From Zancudomyces culisetae HAW-14-8 (lineage: Eukaryota; Fungi; Kickxellomycota): 64,000 bases of DNA. Of the stretch, positions 34,599 to 48,747 are shown piece by piece. The notes under the pieces are model-generated. The model was not told where the DNA came from and ran no database searches. It saw only the letters and a list, made by a program, of their open reading frames with translations. The position numbers were made by a program, and so were the translations under genes. Within the stretch, counting starts at the first letter, position 1. Each line of letters begins with the position of its first letter. The stretch spans positions 1,736,001-1,800,000 of the forward strand of contig JBNJNM010000006.1 of assembly GCA_052426225.1 (NCBI GenBank), read 5' to 3'.

Positions 34599-35554
34599 TC
34601 CTTTGAATTACTTACAAACAAGCAAAACCACGCAATGATTCTATCAACGCAATTATACTTTTATGCAATGTCTTGAATAGAGTAACACATTGTCAGTCTA
34701 AGTTTTGCAAATGTCTTAAAATGTTTTTTATATTTCAATAACATCAACATATGTGTTTTAAATGAGTGTTTTTATTATTTAATGTTGGTATTTTTATCGT
34801 ATTTCTGCACTGAATGAGATAAATGATACAAACATACGACATCACAACACGAAAAAAAAGTAAAGAAAGGAAACAGGTAAGCGTGATTCAATAAAAAGAA
34901 AAATTTCTTCAACCTCGACATTGAAAACCTTTTCTCATCCTCAATCCTTTTTTAATTCTACAAACGTAACAATACCGAGTAGCATAAACGACCTCATAGC
35001 TGTAGAATTGCATCAAACACACCGTATCTAAAACTATTGCCATCGGTGTCAACCTCAAATCAAATACAAAAGGTTTGAATGCGGTTTTTTGCTACAACAG
35101 GTTATACACTTGCCCCGTATGTTCACAAAATGTCTTATTTTTTCTGCGTTCATTCTTTGTTACAGGTATAATGAAAAGCATACTACTATAGCCGGCACAA
35201 CCATAGATAGAAATAGCGGAACACAATATTTAAAACTGTGTACCTTTATTTTTGGTCTCACCAGAAACCCTGCTTTTTTATCAAAGTACAGATATCACTC
35301 TTTTGAACTGAATACGTAACTTTAAATATGACATTATACACGGGTTTTTTTTTCGTATTGTTAATTTATACATGTAATTAAATATTACAAATACCTACTG
35401 TAAATACATCGTAAGTATAAAAAGAGAAGCCAGCTCGTTTTACAGCCTCCCCCAAAAAAATCAGATTGTATTTTATCAGATATTAGGACTGGTACAAGCG
35501 AGCAGCTTTATTAAAAAAGTCTAGGTATCTAAAAGGTGAAGCAACTTCTATAAC

Positions 35555-36518
35555 ATGGTTAGTGCAAGTGGTTTAAAGCAGGCGGTCTATCTCCATTTAA
35601 TTTTAGTCTTGGTCTTAGCCTTAGCCTTAGCCTTAGCCATATATGGGCAAGGCGTAAGAATCAGAGAATATGAACATGAAAATGTGAGGGGGTTGGTGAA
35701 CGGTAATAAATGTGCTTTTAATTAACAACAATGTGCTCTTATACATCATAATTTGCCAACATTCCCAAAGTGTGTTAATTCAGCCTTACAAATCTTTTTG
35801 CATATAAAAATGCATTCCAATAATATATGGGGTACTGAGTCAAGGAGGTTGATGTAGTATAAATACCAACTTATGTCCAACTATAGTAAATAGATTAAAG
35901 GTAAGAGCTGAAAAAAACTTGGATAGCATGCTGCTTTCAAAGCTAGAAGAAGTGGTTCAAGAAGACGGTTACAAAAGGCCAGAGGGCTACAGCACAAAGG
36001 TAGCGATCAACCTAAAAACCAAAAATACAGAGTATGATACCAAGATAAACATAAATGTGGAGGATGTTGCACAGAACAAAGAATACAGAGCTACAAAGTA
36101 TCCTGGTACCCATATAGAAGCTGACTCCAACGCTAATACTGATACCACAGAAAAAGAGCAACCACTTGCAGATTCCAGAGATAAAAGTGTGGTGGGTGTA
36201 ACAGAATTTCCAGTGGATTCTACAGTTGTAGATATCCAGGAGGAAACAAGCAGTTTAGAAATGCTTTTGTTTTCTGATGTAGCAAAAAAGAATAACAAAA
36301 CGATCACATCTACAAACGGAGACAAGAGTAAAAACAGCGCTACAACTGAAAATTTTAATAGAACAGCGAAGGGTAAGTCAACATTTGAACCACCAGAGGC
36401 AGTACCAATACTTCCAACAAATGACCCCGAACTATACGGAGCTGGAATGCCAAGCTGTGTTTTTTATATTGAGCTTTTCATAGTTATACTTATAGTTCAC
36501 ACGTTTTTGTATTATTAA
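35555..36518 (+). CDS. Hypothetical secreted, probably GPI-anchored, Thr/Glu/Lys-rich protein
   Basis: Exon 1 MVSASGLKQAVYLHLILVLVLALALALAIYGQG then GTAAG; the 35919-36518 ORF is hydrophilic with a hydrophobic C-terminus. Acceptor site uncertain. Confidence 0.5.
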
Positions 36519-36908
36519 ATTTTCACGCTATATCGCAGTCTGATATGTACAATGGTTTGTTTTTGTTCTTGCTTTTGCTGTTTTTTTCGTTCAAAATTAT
36601 ATTAGCTTCTATTAAATAAGTACATAGCACGATTGATAGCCAACATATCGGTGGTGGTTAGGAAAACGTCAAACGTGAGTACAGGACAGTAGCGGTAAAT
36701 GTAAGGCTGTTGCTAACCGATGTTGTGCGTTGTACTATGCGATTGTATTTGGACCATATGCTGGTTTTTCCACATTTGTACTAAAATTTCATTTCGCGTA
36801 TTTTTTCATTAAACAGCAAATAAAGCACAAGTAGCGAGGGAGAAGGGAATTGATAAAAAAACTGTCTAGCTTTACAGTAATTTCTTTTTAGCTTTGGCTA
36901 TTTCTCTT

Positions 36909-36917
36909 ATGACTCAT
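36909..36917. promoter_or_regulatory. Gcn4/CpcA (AP-1-type) site upstream of TRP1
   Basis: ATGACTCAT 50 bp upstream of the ATG of an amino-acid biosynthesis gene. Confidence 0.6.
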
Positions 36918-36967
36918 ATCAACTCGAGGGTTAAAAAGTAAGATAGAAAGACAAAAAAAAAAACAGA

Positions 36968-37786
36968 ATGGAAAGCAAAACCTTGGTAAAGATATGTGGT
37001 GTGAAGAGAGTTGAGGACGCTATAAATGCGGCAGATTTTGGGGCAGATTTTATAGGAATGATATTTGCCAAATCAGACAGACAAATTTCTATCGAGTACG
37101 CTGCAGAACTGGTTAACGCAGTTCGCAAACACTGTGGACTTGAAAACAAACCTAGATTGCATGTTATCAAAACAAGCGGAATTGAGAATTATGGGAATGA
37201 CACGAAGCAGAGCAGCATTGAATGGTTTGGTAAAAACACAGTCCAGGTCGAAAATGTTTTGGGTGTACAGTCCATTGCAAGTCAAACAAGTGTAAAAAAG
37301 TGTCCATTGATGGTAGGTGTTTTTGTGAATCCAAGCCTGGAAGAGGTCCTAAAGGTGGTTGAGGAGACAAAAATAGATATAGTACAACTACACGGGAACG
37401 AGGATCTTAAAATGTGTTTGGATATCCCTGTGCCCTGTGTTAAAGTTTTTCACATGAAAAGCTCCGAACCCGACAGTGATCTTTTAAATAGGCTCAGCAC
37501 GCCTGGGTATCATTCATTTGTTTTGCTTGACACTTTTGTTCAGGGTGAAAACGTCCATGGTGGGTTAGGCCAGAGCTTCGATTGGAACATTGCACGAAAA
37601 GTAGGTCAAAGTACAGGAATTAAAGTTGCGCTTGCGGGCGGGCTGACACCACAGAATGTACATAGCGCAATTGAAGCGGGAAACCCATGGGCGGTGGATG
37701 TATCCAGTGGTACGGAAGTTAGTGGAGCAAAAGGGGTAAAAGATAAATCCAAGATTGAAGCATTCATTGTAAACGCACGCAGCTAA
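36968..37786 (+). CDS. TRP1: Phosphoribosylanthranilate isomerase, stand-alone
   Basis: VKICG, GADFIGMIF, VGVFVN, VQLHGNE, LLDT..GG.GQSFDW, LAGGLTPQNV, VDVSSGTE. Confidence 0.95.
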   Translation: MESKTLVKICGVKRVEDAINAADFGADFIGMIFAKSDRQISIEYAAELVNAVRKHCGLENKPRLHVIKTSGIENYGNDTKQSSIEWFGKNTVQVENVLGVQSIASQTSVKKCPLMVGVFVNPSLEEVLKVVEETKIDIVQLHGNEDLKMCLDIPVPCVKVFHMKSSEPDSDLLNRLSTPGYHSFVLLDTFVQGENVHGGLGQSFDWNIARKVGQSTGIKVALAGGLTPQNVHSAIEAGNPWAVDVSSGTEVSGAKGVKDKSKIEAFIVNARS

Positions 37787-38173
37787 AGACTCCATATCCA
37801 CGAAAATACCCAAAAACAAGGCTGAAAAGAATATCGCAGATGGTTGGGGGATGTAATATTTGGGGATTTTTCTTATAGCAGAAATCACTAGTAACAAGCC
37901 GAAGTTAGTCTTCCACATCTTTATTCCTAATTTGTTTAAATCATATGTGCCGATTTCAGGTGGTATGCTGGTCTGTAACCAAGCCTTTTGTTTTCCTTCA
38001 TTGTTCACCTTGTATCAAATAGAGATTTAATTTAGCAAATAAAATTACAGGTTAATGGAGGGACCAAGCCATAGAAATGTACTAAAATAAAGATAAACAG
38101 GTAGGTAGTGAGTTTACAAAATAATCATGAGGAGAAAGGAATGGAGGGGGGGGCGGGGCACAGGAATATAACA

Positions 38174-41100
38174 CTATTCGGGAATTTTGAGAAGACGAGC
38201 ACTGAGTAAGCGAGTGCAATTATCAAAATTACCAAATGAACTAACCCAGCTATCAGCCAGCTCAGCATAATTTGCAACTGTAACTTGAGATTTTACATAT
38301 TGCCGATAAAGCAGCATCAGAGGTTTTCCGGAGCTTGAATATGGCTTTTCCAACAGTTTCTTCAAAACATATACCAGCCACTACATAGTATTTAGATCAA
38401 CTCAGAATTAGAAAATTGATATGCTCTTGTAGTGAGAAATAAAAACACTGGACTTACCAAAACATTTGATTTGGGGGTAAACTGAGACCAATCACCGTTA
38501 TTAATGAGGCGCTGCATTTGGCGGTATATATCGTACTGAATATCACCTACTCCTTTGAAAAGAGCTGGGTCTTTTAGATTCACATAAAATAGGTAATCCG
38601 AACTGTTTCTGTTTTGGTAAGCAGGAGATAAAGAACCAAAAAAATCGAGAGAAGTAGCAGAAGTAAACAATGAGGACCGCTGTGATTTGGAAACTTCACT
38701 GTATAGGGTAATGTCAAGTCTAGAAAGGGTGTAGTCAATTATCGTACACTGGACACCGTGGCTGGGGATTCTAACGAGACCAAAACCAGAAGGGTTTTTA
38801 GAATCAGAGGAAAGCCTAAGCCTCCTATATAGGAAGGATGCCTGGTAGTCGCATTTTTTAACCAGAATGTTGCCCCAATGTAAATCGCGATGTTCAAAAG
38901 ATGTAAGATGCTCCGCAAGTGCCAATGAAAGCGTGAGCTGTCTTAGGATGCTTTGTGCTTGCTTCCATGTTGTTAACTTGACCGTTTCCAGCGGTTCTCC
39001 ACCGTACTCAAGAATTAACACCGCATACATTTGTGTTGAAGAGTACCTCTTTGGGTGTACATTTCTACATAACTCTGTATTTTCTTCTTTCCAATCTTCC
39101 CAAGCACTAATAAAGTTTTTGGGGAATTTCCCTTGAAATACACAAATCCTATTACATTCAAAACATAAGGCCTCTCATTTGGTATCCATATTAGGTATTT
39201 AGCTTTAACGTGTTCTGCGTGGAAATTTATGAAATAATGAATGGTTACCTATAAGCCTTTACGAAATTAGACCCAAGAGCCTTTTCGTTGGCACCAATCT
39301 CAACAAGGCTTTTCTTTCGAGATTCAAGTAAAGCTACCCTCTCTTTATCAGCCATCCAGCTTAGACTCAAAGTGGAAACAAGTTCCTGGTACAAATCACG
39401 CAAAGTAGTCTGTTTCCCACCTGACGGTGATACACCCTTAGGTTCGCCGAATGGAATAATCTTTACAGCGGCCTCAACAATACCACTGGTGGGAAACGCA
39501 TTTGTTGCTATGTAATAAGATTTATTTATTTTTGATTTTTTGATTTTTTGGTATTATTGACATGTGGCGTTTATAATGTAGTGTAATAATATAACACTTA
39601 CCTGTTCGTGAAGAGGGTGGAATTCCACTATCAGCAAAAGTAAAATCATCGTCCAGTGTACCCCTATCTTGATTTTTTATTATCGAAGTATCAAAATATG
39701 CACTGAAAACCTCACTAAAGTCCGCCTCATTGATTTTCTTGACAGACCCAACACCATTTAAGTTTTTCGTATCCGCTAGTGGTTTATTCTCTCTAATTAT
39801 TAAGCCGGCCGAATTTAACCCCTTTTCACTAAATTCAAACGCTTTACTTTGCCCACATATTCCCAAAATATCCAACCGGGTTATCTTTTTCTGTGATTTG
39901 AGATTTGACTTCAGGCCGTAGCTGCTTTCCCGCCGTTTAGATTTTGCTGCACCCTTAGGAATGTTCATGACTTTAGAGGCACTGATGTTTAAAGCAACTA
40001 TGCTTGTTGAAGAATTGGTCCCTTGGTGATCAGCAGGTGGGTCTCCCGAGTTCGCAGCACGTTCATTCTCATCTAGCGTTGTTACAGTTTTCCTCTCGCT
40101 TGTGTATGGATCACTATAGGTCTTTTCATACAAAACTTTAGCTTCTCTATCTTCAAGATTGTCTGCTTGGGTTTTAATAAAATTTCTTGCAACTTCTGGT
40201 TGAGCTGTCTTTGCTTTCGCAGTATTGATCTCTTTGCCTTTCTCATGCTTGCTACCAGGAGTTATTTGTAATATACCGGGAATGGGTTTGTCCGCACTTA
40301 TTAATCTGCTATTTCTGTCCAATTCTTGTAGAGAACTAGATCCATATTCTGTCGTTTCAGCATTGTTGAGCACAGAAACTGCATCTCGGCCTTTTTCCAC
40401 TAGATCGCCTGTGGGTGTAATGCAAACGTTTTTTTTGGAATCAAATATTATTTTACCTAACTTTGTGCTCCGCCTGATACGACGCAATGATCTATCAGTG
40501 ATTCTTACACTTGGGCTCTTATTATTGTCTTTTAACTTTGATACCACCCCCAATACTCCATACTTTACTTTTTCTTGGCCTTCTACACCCACTTCAGAAT
40601 CGACCAACCCCGTTCTATCAATATCTACATTATCGTACGCTGTTACCACTTCAAGTTTTTCCAGAAAACCAAATCTGACTTTTTTGTCGTCTTTATAGTC
40701 TACTGAACACTTATTCTGAGTAGCATTGTTGTTATACGAAAGTTCATATGCTTGAAAATTTGTACATAGTTCTTGATCATTTTGAGTATCATGCGTTGGC
40801 ACTGACTCAACTTTTACTTTGTTTACATCTCTTGATAAAGCTTCGAATGCATGTGACCCTCCATTAGAAGCACCAGCATCATTTTGATGTGTATTTTTTA
40901 ACTCCATCTTCAAGTGTTTTTCATGCTTTTCAGAATCACATCTAAAGGAGAATAATTCTTCATAGTCTTTACCGAAACAGCTTTTTTCCCGTCCCTGGGT
41001 TATACAGTGGTTATTTGGTTCATCAGGTTTTTCTTCATTAGATCTATGGTTTTTTGGTACTGGTGGTTCAACACTTTTTTCAACATTTTTACTCTTAGTG

Positions 41101-41974
41101 GCTATCGTTTTTGTACAAAGCAATCTGCTATCTATTACATCCCCCAGAGCCTTCTGCTCGTTTTCACTAGTAAATTTGCTATGTTTAACAGCATACTGGG
41201 TATAGTTAACGCTCTCTGATATCATATTGATGTGTTTCTTAGTTGTATTTTCGTTTATGGGCACAGTTGCAGGTTTTTTTGTGTCTTGGAAAACTTTATC
41301 TGGTTTTATCTGTTTAGTTTTTTTTATAGATACGATTGATGATTCCTGGTCGAAGTGCTTATTTACTCCTTGTCTTTTTTTGATATCTGAACTCCCTCCA
41401 ACATGGTTTTGTACCGTGTTCATATCTACAAGATCTAAAACTGCAGCAACTTTCTTGTGTACATCATACTTTGTCTTCTTTGTCTTGCTTTTTCTTCCAC
41501 TTTTGACATTTTTTTTAGTATCAGCTGTGTAGTTGGGATCAGTATCCATATATTCACTATCATTTTCCAAATCAGACACAGGTACATCCTCTTCACTTAA
41601 ACAGGGCTCTTTGTATTCGCTTTTAGCCTTTTTTACAATTGTGTCCCGCTGTCTTTTTCTCAGCGTTTGTCTAGTATAAGAATTGTGTTTTTCGACGGCT
41701 AGTTTACTGCTTAAAAGATCTTTTGGGTCGCTTTCGGTGGCTTGTTTCTCGGTAGCCGTACCTTCGCCATTTGCTCTAACGTTTCTCAGACTCCACTATA
41801 GTTTATACACTCAATCAGCGCCATTCATTGAAGAATAGTGTAATTTTTACTTACTCTGTTTACCTCTGTTTGCTTTGAATTTTTCCTGTCAATGTTTGAA
41901 CTTGTGGTTTCTATACTCTTGTCTTTTTCTATTTTTAATTTAGCTCGTTTGGAATAGGTTTTATACACCTTCAT
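38174..41974 (-). CDS. Haspin-family Ser/Thr kinase, multi-exon, long disordered N-terminus
   Basis: MKVYKTYSKR start; KKINEADFSEVF, VKIIPF, FEHRDLHWGNILV, IIDYTLSR, QYDIYRQM, PKSNVL-WL: haspin-specific motifs. Confidence 0.9.
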
Positions 41975-42839
41975 TGCTGGCGATCTATACACGTTAAATA
42001 TCTATATGTTATTACTTTAATTCTCTGTAAATACTTGGTTGTAACTAAACCAGCACATTACTAAACTGATTTAGATTTATTCAAAAATTTTGTTTACAAA
42101 ATCCAAAGAATTATTTTGGTGCTTCCTATTTGGACAATAATGTTTCGGAACATCGCCGATTTCGTTTGTTTTATTTTTCAAATTCCTTTTTGGCCACTAA
42201 AACTACTGCAATATTACAAAACGAACAAGAGTAGCTGAATGAAGCTTGGACTGTGTTTGATGGAAAAAGACAATACGCGTGGGTCAGCAGCTGTGACCTC
42301 GTTTGAGTATACATATTTGTACAATCTATATTCTCGTTTAAAGAAAACCTGTGCTAGTTATAGTTGTTTATGATAACCAAGAGAAAACCATGGCAAAATA
42401 AAAACGCGGAATAAGAGAAAGGCTTGCGTATGAACATCCGCTACAGTATTGAGCGGATTCAAATGGTAAACCCTAAAGTAGTACTTTTACCGAGTGTTAA
42501 TGGTCCATGCCTGCTCCCCAATTTCTTGGTTTTCATTTTTAAAGCAAACATCTTTAGGACAGAATAATAATATAAAGGTTCGATATCTACTATCCAAAAC
42601 TTTTATATAAAAAATGTCACACAGAGATAGATCTAAATACACTTCAAGCTAAGTAAAATAAAATAAATCCAATATACCTACTAAGGGAGGTTTTCAATGG
42701 CTCTGAGGAATGAAAAACAAACTGCTAGCAAAATGCCATTGTATATCACAAGTAAAAGTATTCGTCTTTATAACCCTCACTATATTAAAGAAAAATCCCT
42801 TCCTTTGGCTTTGTGGACAACAACACACATTTGATTGGC

Positions 42840-43635
42840 TTATTTCTTGTTAAATCCCTCAAACTGTTTGTACTTGCTGTATTCAGGCAACTCCAAAGCC
42901 TTTAAAGCAAAGTCTATGTCAGCCTTTATGTCTTTTATGAGACTTTCTATTTTAAAAACAAAAAACTTTGTAAGATATTGCTATACAAAAGCAAGGCGCC
43001 TCTACTCTTACCTCTACCGTTGTAATCTCTTTCAGGCCGTATGTATCCCAATATCAAAGTAGAAATTTCTTGTCCATAAAAATCTTGCTCATACTTGTGA
43101 ATAATATGCGCCTCCTACACATCCACAAACAACGAAAAAATATATAGAAGCCGTATATTTGATTAGCCGCTAAGAAAAAATAGCTGTAAAAGAGAATATA
43201 AAGACCTGTGCTCAGACTAAAATATAGAACTTACAATTGACCTTTTTTTGTTCTTATAAAACAAATTCCAACCAAGGCTCATAACCATTGGTCTTATCAC
43301 ATCTTCAGACTCGATTTTACATAGACCAAAGTATATTCCAGTACTGACACTATCCAAGGCTTGTTCCACCGCTTGCTCGCACATATTGGCTAAAAAAATA
43401 GAAAATGAAAGTATTTTATTGAGAAAACATATTTATAAAGGACGGCCAACCCTGGGATATACTAATAGAAATTAGCACCAAAACTATAATGGATAAGCTT
43501 ACCTGTTGGGATTCCCAGTTCCTTTCCTCCGCGCCCATATCCGCTTATCACTTTACTTTCCAAATAGATTGGGAAAGGCGCCTCCACATTCTTTGGTAAA
43601 TTTACGATATCGTGATTTGTATCCAACATTGTCAT
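42840..43635 (-). CDS. FMN1: Riboflavin kinase, 4 exons (not in ORF track)
   Basis: Spliced [18 protein letters not shown]...GIYFG...[13 protein letters not shown]...[15 protein letters not shown]...LGYIRPE...LIKDIKADI. Confidence 0.92.
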
Positions 43636-44372
43636 TTTTAATTGCAGAGATGGAAGAATAAGACCTTGTCCTCGCCTTTTATTTTTTTGCTATTTTGATA
43701 AGTAAATATCAGAAAATAATACAATATTACACCAATCTACTATTTTACCAGAATTTAAATTTTTGAGTCTACAATTACAAATCCAATCACAGAGCAATAA
43801 ATGTTAATGATGGAACTGTATAAAAATATACCCTATAACCAATAGTAACTTTATAGACTCCTTGGGTCTATTAATGGTATGGTTGCATAAGAACGTAAAA
43901 AATGAAAATAACACGCGTAACTAAAAACAAAAGGATACATTGTCTGTCCCTTGAGAAAAGCTTAAGAATCCCTCGCAACTAGTTCATGATACCGACTTTC
44001 CAATTGCCCATTGAGTAACAATACAATATACTTGTCCTTGCTTAGAAAAAAAAATGAAAAAAAGGCTATGTAATCTGGGAACTAATTTAAATCATGTTAC
44101 CAAATCCAGATTTGTCTCCAAGCCGTGGTTATAGCCTCCAAAATGTGATTAAAACACAATACTTGAAGTTGGTTATCGTCAGTATAAAAGGTACTAACCT
44201 GAGTAGTTAATATATAGTATTACAAAAAGTAAAAAAAAAGCACACAATATTGAAACCTGAGAAATAGTAACCGCAACTATACAATATAAGAATTTCCAGA
44301 AAAATTATACAAAAGTACAGGCAAAAATGATATAGATATCCACCATAATGGTTATTGATGAGGTAGTGATGT

Positions 44373-45385
44373 TTATCTATTCCTTTTAGACTTTCTTGTA
44401 GCGGTACTCGCCTTGGTTGGTTTGGATTTCTTTTTAGTACTTGCAGCTTGTTTTGTCTTGAGCCGCTTTTTGTCAACCGCTGTATTAGAACAGATATAAT
44501 GTTAGTTTTAAGTATACTTTAGAAGAAAATGTCTAAAGAGTAATATAATTTGCAAAAATGCTGGCAATTCCGGCATAAATAAATCAATACATTGCCCAAT
44601 CCCGACTCTAATTATAAAAGTATATAAAGCAAGAAAATAAAGTACACACCTTCTTCCTCAAGTTCTGGAGTCATTTCAATAGAAGCTTGGGATTCTAGCT
44701 CTTGCTCTGCGGGTGAGGAATAAGGAGCTTCTTCATCTTCGTTCACACCTTCAACTGCCCTTTCAAGCATCATTGCTCCATATTCATCCCATGGGAGCAC
44801 AAACTCAGTTTCCTTTTGCCAAAAATCTCTGTCTTCATAGTCAATATCGGGTTCAAGTAAGATCTTTGTGCTGTAGTATTTACCATCGCTTGCATTTGCC
44901 CCACGCTTTACTGACTTGGAGCCTAATTCGTTAACTTCTGAATCCTCGGTGTCGCTATCGATTTCCTATTTTGAATAAATTTATTTTCATCTAGTTTAAA
45001 ATTGTATTCTAAATTGGTAAAGATTGTAGAGAAAAAAAAGCTTAGGCAAAAAAAGTTGTTGAGCCTCACCAGATCCTCCAACACATCCAAGTTGTACCAT
45101 TCTTTAATTCTATCCCATAACTGTTCGATCGAAACATTTTCATCGTTTAATTTTTGTGTAAATCGCAAGTAAATATTCATCATTCTAAGGTTTCTGTGGA
45201 TTCCTAAATGTATTTAAAGTAAAACATAAATATTGTGTAGATAGTGGGTGAGCTTTTATGATATAATCTAAAGTACCTATTGGTCGGAGCCCCACCATTG
45301 ATTGAAGCAAGTGGATATCAAGTACTGGATCCCATACTATGCTGTTTTCAGTGGAGGCTTCTGAACTGTTTTCGTTTGTGCGCAT
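44373..45385 (-). CDS. EAF7: NuA4 subunit Eaf7 / MRGBP (CT20 family), 4 exons
   Basis: WDPVLDIHLLQSMVGLRPIG-IHRNLRMM...IEQLWDRIKEWYNLDVLE and EFVLPWDEYGAMM; basic C-terminal exon. Confidence 0.82.
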
Positions 45386-45791
45386 CGCAAAGAGGTAAGG
45401 CGAGGCTACATATATTAGTGATTTATATCTTGTCTGGTTTTGGAAATCTACAATTCAAGTTGGTATTTTTTTGTGTTGTTTTTAGGTAAGAGTGCTGGGT
45501 ATTGCTCCTAAATATTCTATTCGATGAAAGAGAAGCAAATCAGAAATACGCTGAAAACCATATGATTGGCCTAAGTCGATTGAAAATTGGTATAAAAAAA
45601 TGTTTTGGTTTTCAAATGGAGCCGAAACACCTCAAGGAAACAGACTCAATTGTATTATTCATTCACTACTATTCTCACGACCAAGACGACATTTGGTCTT
45701 TGTTTATCGATATCTCTATTAAACACAGTAACGGAAAAACATATCAAATCCTTACATAGGTACAGGCAAACATACATACAAAGGATCCACT

Positions 45792-47499
45792 ATGGAAATA
45801 GATGGGAGCGAATTGGACAGGAATAAGTTTTGTTCGTATTTTAAGAGATGCCTGAGCCTGCTTCCAGGTGAATATTGTGGGCTCGATTCAACAAGGTTAG
45901 CGAAAAATTGGATTTTTACACAAGAAGAATTACATTTTTTGGCTTTGTTTTTGTTTTATTATTTATATCAGTTTTAGGCGAAAAAAATGAATATTAGATT
46001 AAACAGTACCAACTATTTGTAGAATCGTTTTAGGACAATTTTGTTTGGGGGGAATTGACCTATTTGGAGGAATTGAAGAAAAAATACCACTCGACAAAAA
46101 AGCAGACTTGATAAATTGGATATACAAGCAACAGGTTACTTTAGAAAACTGTGGTAGGTTCAATTTTAGACTCTATGTTAGTAACGATGAATCTGAAAGC
46201 ACATTTACTTTACATTAAAATATTGAAGAGAATCAACATACGAACATAAAATTATTGTAGGTGGTGATCCGTCTATATGTGGATTCAGAGGTGGGTCGTT
46301 CCCAGGGGCTGTGGATTTGGAATACAAAAATAAATACGCTAATTCGGCAAATTCAGCCGCCACTTACTCTGCTCTTGTCTGTTTGGCAATACTTGGCGAT
46401 GATTATTCTCGGGTCGATTGCAAGGGTCTTATTGGTGCACTCAAGTATTTGAGGAAGAAGGATGGAAGGTACGTTTTGGACCAAATTCAGCTGATACCAT
46501 AAGCCTCTAGTGGGTGTGCCGTAGAATTAAATATAAATATCATATTCTGACAACCCAACTGCTTATGCTAGTTTTGTTTCGAATCCTGGCGAACATGTTG
46601 GAGATATGCGATTTGTATTTACTGCTTGTGCGATATCATATTTGCTAAATGACTGGAGCGGTATTGACTCTAACCAAATCGTAGAGTTTATCCTGAAATG
46701 TATTGTAGGTATTTGATATTTCTACGCGTGAAAAGAATATCAATAGTATTGATAATGTGTTTATTCTTTTTTGTTAACATCTGCTAAATTGCTTATAGAA
46801 CTATGACGGTGGAATTGGACAAAATATTAACCAAGAATCACACGGTAATCCTTAATACCCCATGTCTAGTACCAAAACGCTATAATCACTTTTAAAAAAA
46901 GACACCTAATAATAATCTTGATGGAATAGGAGGTTCATTTTACTGTGCTATTGCGAGTTTAAAATTGTTAGGACGACTTGATGCCATAGCCGATATTGAC
47001 AAAACAGTAAATTGGGCTCTGGATTTACAGAAAAGCGGATTTTGCGGAAGGACAAACAAAGTGGAGGATACATGCTACACATTTTGGGTTGGTGCAGGTG
47101 TTACCATGCTTGGGTTTTCCGGCTATATAGACAAGAACCAGCTTGTAAAATTTGTTTTCAAATGTATAGGATCAACCGGTGGTGTTTCGAAAACACCTAA
47201 CTCATATCCTGGTAATGTCACTTTTAATTAATTGCATCTCTTTGAATCACTAAATCGTGCAACATGATTATAATACAGTCATAACTTCAGTAATTATTTT
47301 TGCGTATTTTCAACATATTTTCTTATTTTTGTGTGTCTAACTTTATACTATGATAGACCCCTTGCATTCCTACCTCTCACTAGCAGGGATTTCGTTTATT
47401 TGCGACTTTCCTGGATTGAATCCGGTTGTGCCAGAGATAAATCTTACGGTCAAAACCTTAACCCGCCTCAAATCCTCTTCCAAATGTTGGAACAATTAA
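45792..47499 (+). CDS. CDC43: Geranylgeranyltransferase type I beta subunit, about 7 exons
   Basis: YFKRCLSLLP...LDSTR, CGFRG, TYSAL..L.ILGDD, DMRFVFTAC, YDGG...ESHGG..YCA, GRTNKVEDTCYTFW, DPLHSYL; divergent from EAF7. Confidence 0.9.
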
Positions 47500-47872
47500 T
47501 CCATTTTTTTATTTTATTTAGTTCTTGGCTTAATTTAGGTTTTTTACTTGCTTTATGTTGGTACAAACACATACGAAAACATATATATCTATAGATGGCT
47601 AAATGGGTGTTGGCTGTTGATTAGCAAAAGTGTTATTTTTATTAGATAGATATTCAAAGGCTATAGTATTATTTTAACAAATTAAATGTAAATTGATCGT
47701 TTATGTCGCAAAGTGTCTGGTGAACATAAAACAGAACCTAATATACGTTTATACATGTGTATACCAGATATATTTTTGACAGACTAGACAAGGAAAAAGA
47801 TATAGATGATTGTTTTATTCTATTTTTGCACATTCCGTTTGGTATTACAAGGATAGCAGTCAAGGTTCTACA

Positions 47873-48747
47873 TTACTGTTGGGGTTGATCCTCGCTGTTC
47901 CCAAGATGTTTAAACTTTTCTTTTTTGATGTAATCCAATACCAAGCTTTTGAGTTCATTTTCGTCGATACTTCCATCACCCCCAGCATCCTGCATTATTT
48001 GGGCAAATATAGCATCTAAACTCTCAGAATTGAGATATTCATCAAGCTCGTCAGGATCCAAACCCTCGTCATCGTCATCATCTCCGCCCTTGCCATTTAT
48101 AGAGTCTAATTCACTGCCTGTTTCTCCTGGCAATTCCAATTTCAAACCAAGATAATCACATACCCCCTTTGCTACCTCTATTTGATCATTAATTCCAATT
48201 GCTTGAATCGCCTATTGTGGGTGTAGTACGTTTTTGTTGTACAATGCGTTAATACAAGTCGTTTCAATGGATAAAAGTATAAAAAGTACACAGGTAGATG
48301 AGTAAGGTAAATACAAGTGAGCTTACATTGAACCCATCTTTGTTTAGTATTTTGTAGTCTGCACCGTTTTTAATAAGATGTATTGCACATTCCACACTCT
48401 CGCAAACGTGAAGAGGGGAATCGCCATCGTTATCAAGAATATTTACATTTCCACCGTTTTGTAGGATAAAATCGATCAATTCTAAATTGTTATACGAAGA
48501 TGCAGCATGTCTATATAATCGGATTAAATAATCTCTTGAAATGGTGTCTTTAGCTGTCGGGATAGAGGAGTATGTTTTAAAAATGTTATAATGTGTCGAA
48601 ATGTAGATAGAAGAAACGAAATAAAACTTACAATGGCGAGTAGCCATTATCGTCCTGGATGTTGGCGTATTGTACATCAGCAGATATCAATTCCTTGACC
48701 CGATCGACGTTCCCATCAGCTATTGAAACCCAGATATTTTCACTCAT
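47873..48747 (-). CDS. Ankyrin-repeat protein with acidic tail, 3 exons
   Basis: MSENIWVSIADG...QDDNGYSPL-HAASSYNN...DNDGDSPLHVCE. Confidence 0.85.

Noticed and set aside
35613-35638. (TTAGCC)n as an interstitial telomere repeat
   Set aside because: Only four units, in frame within a putative signal peptide.
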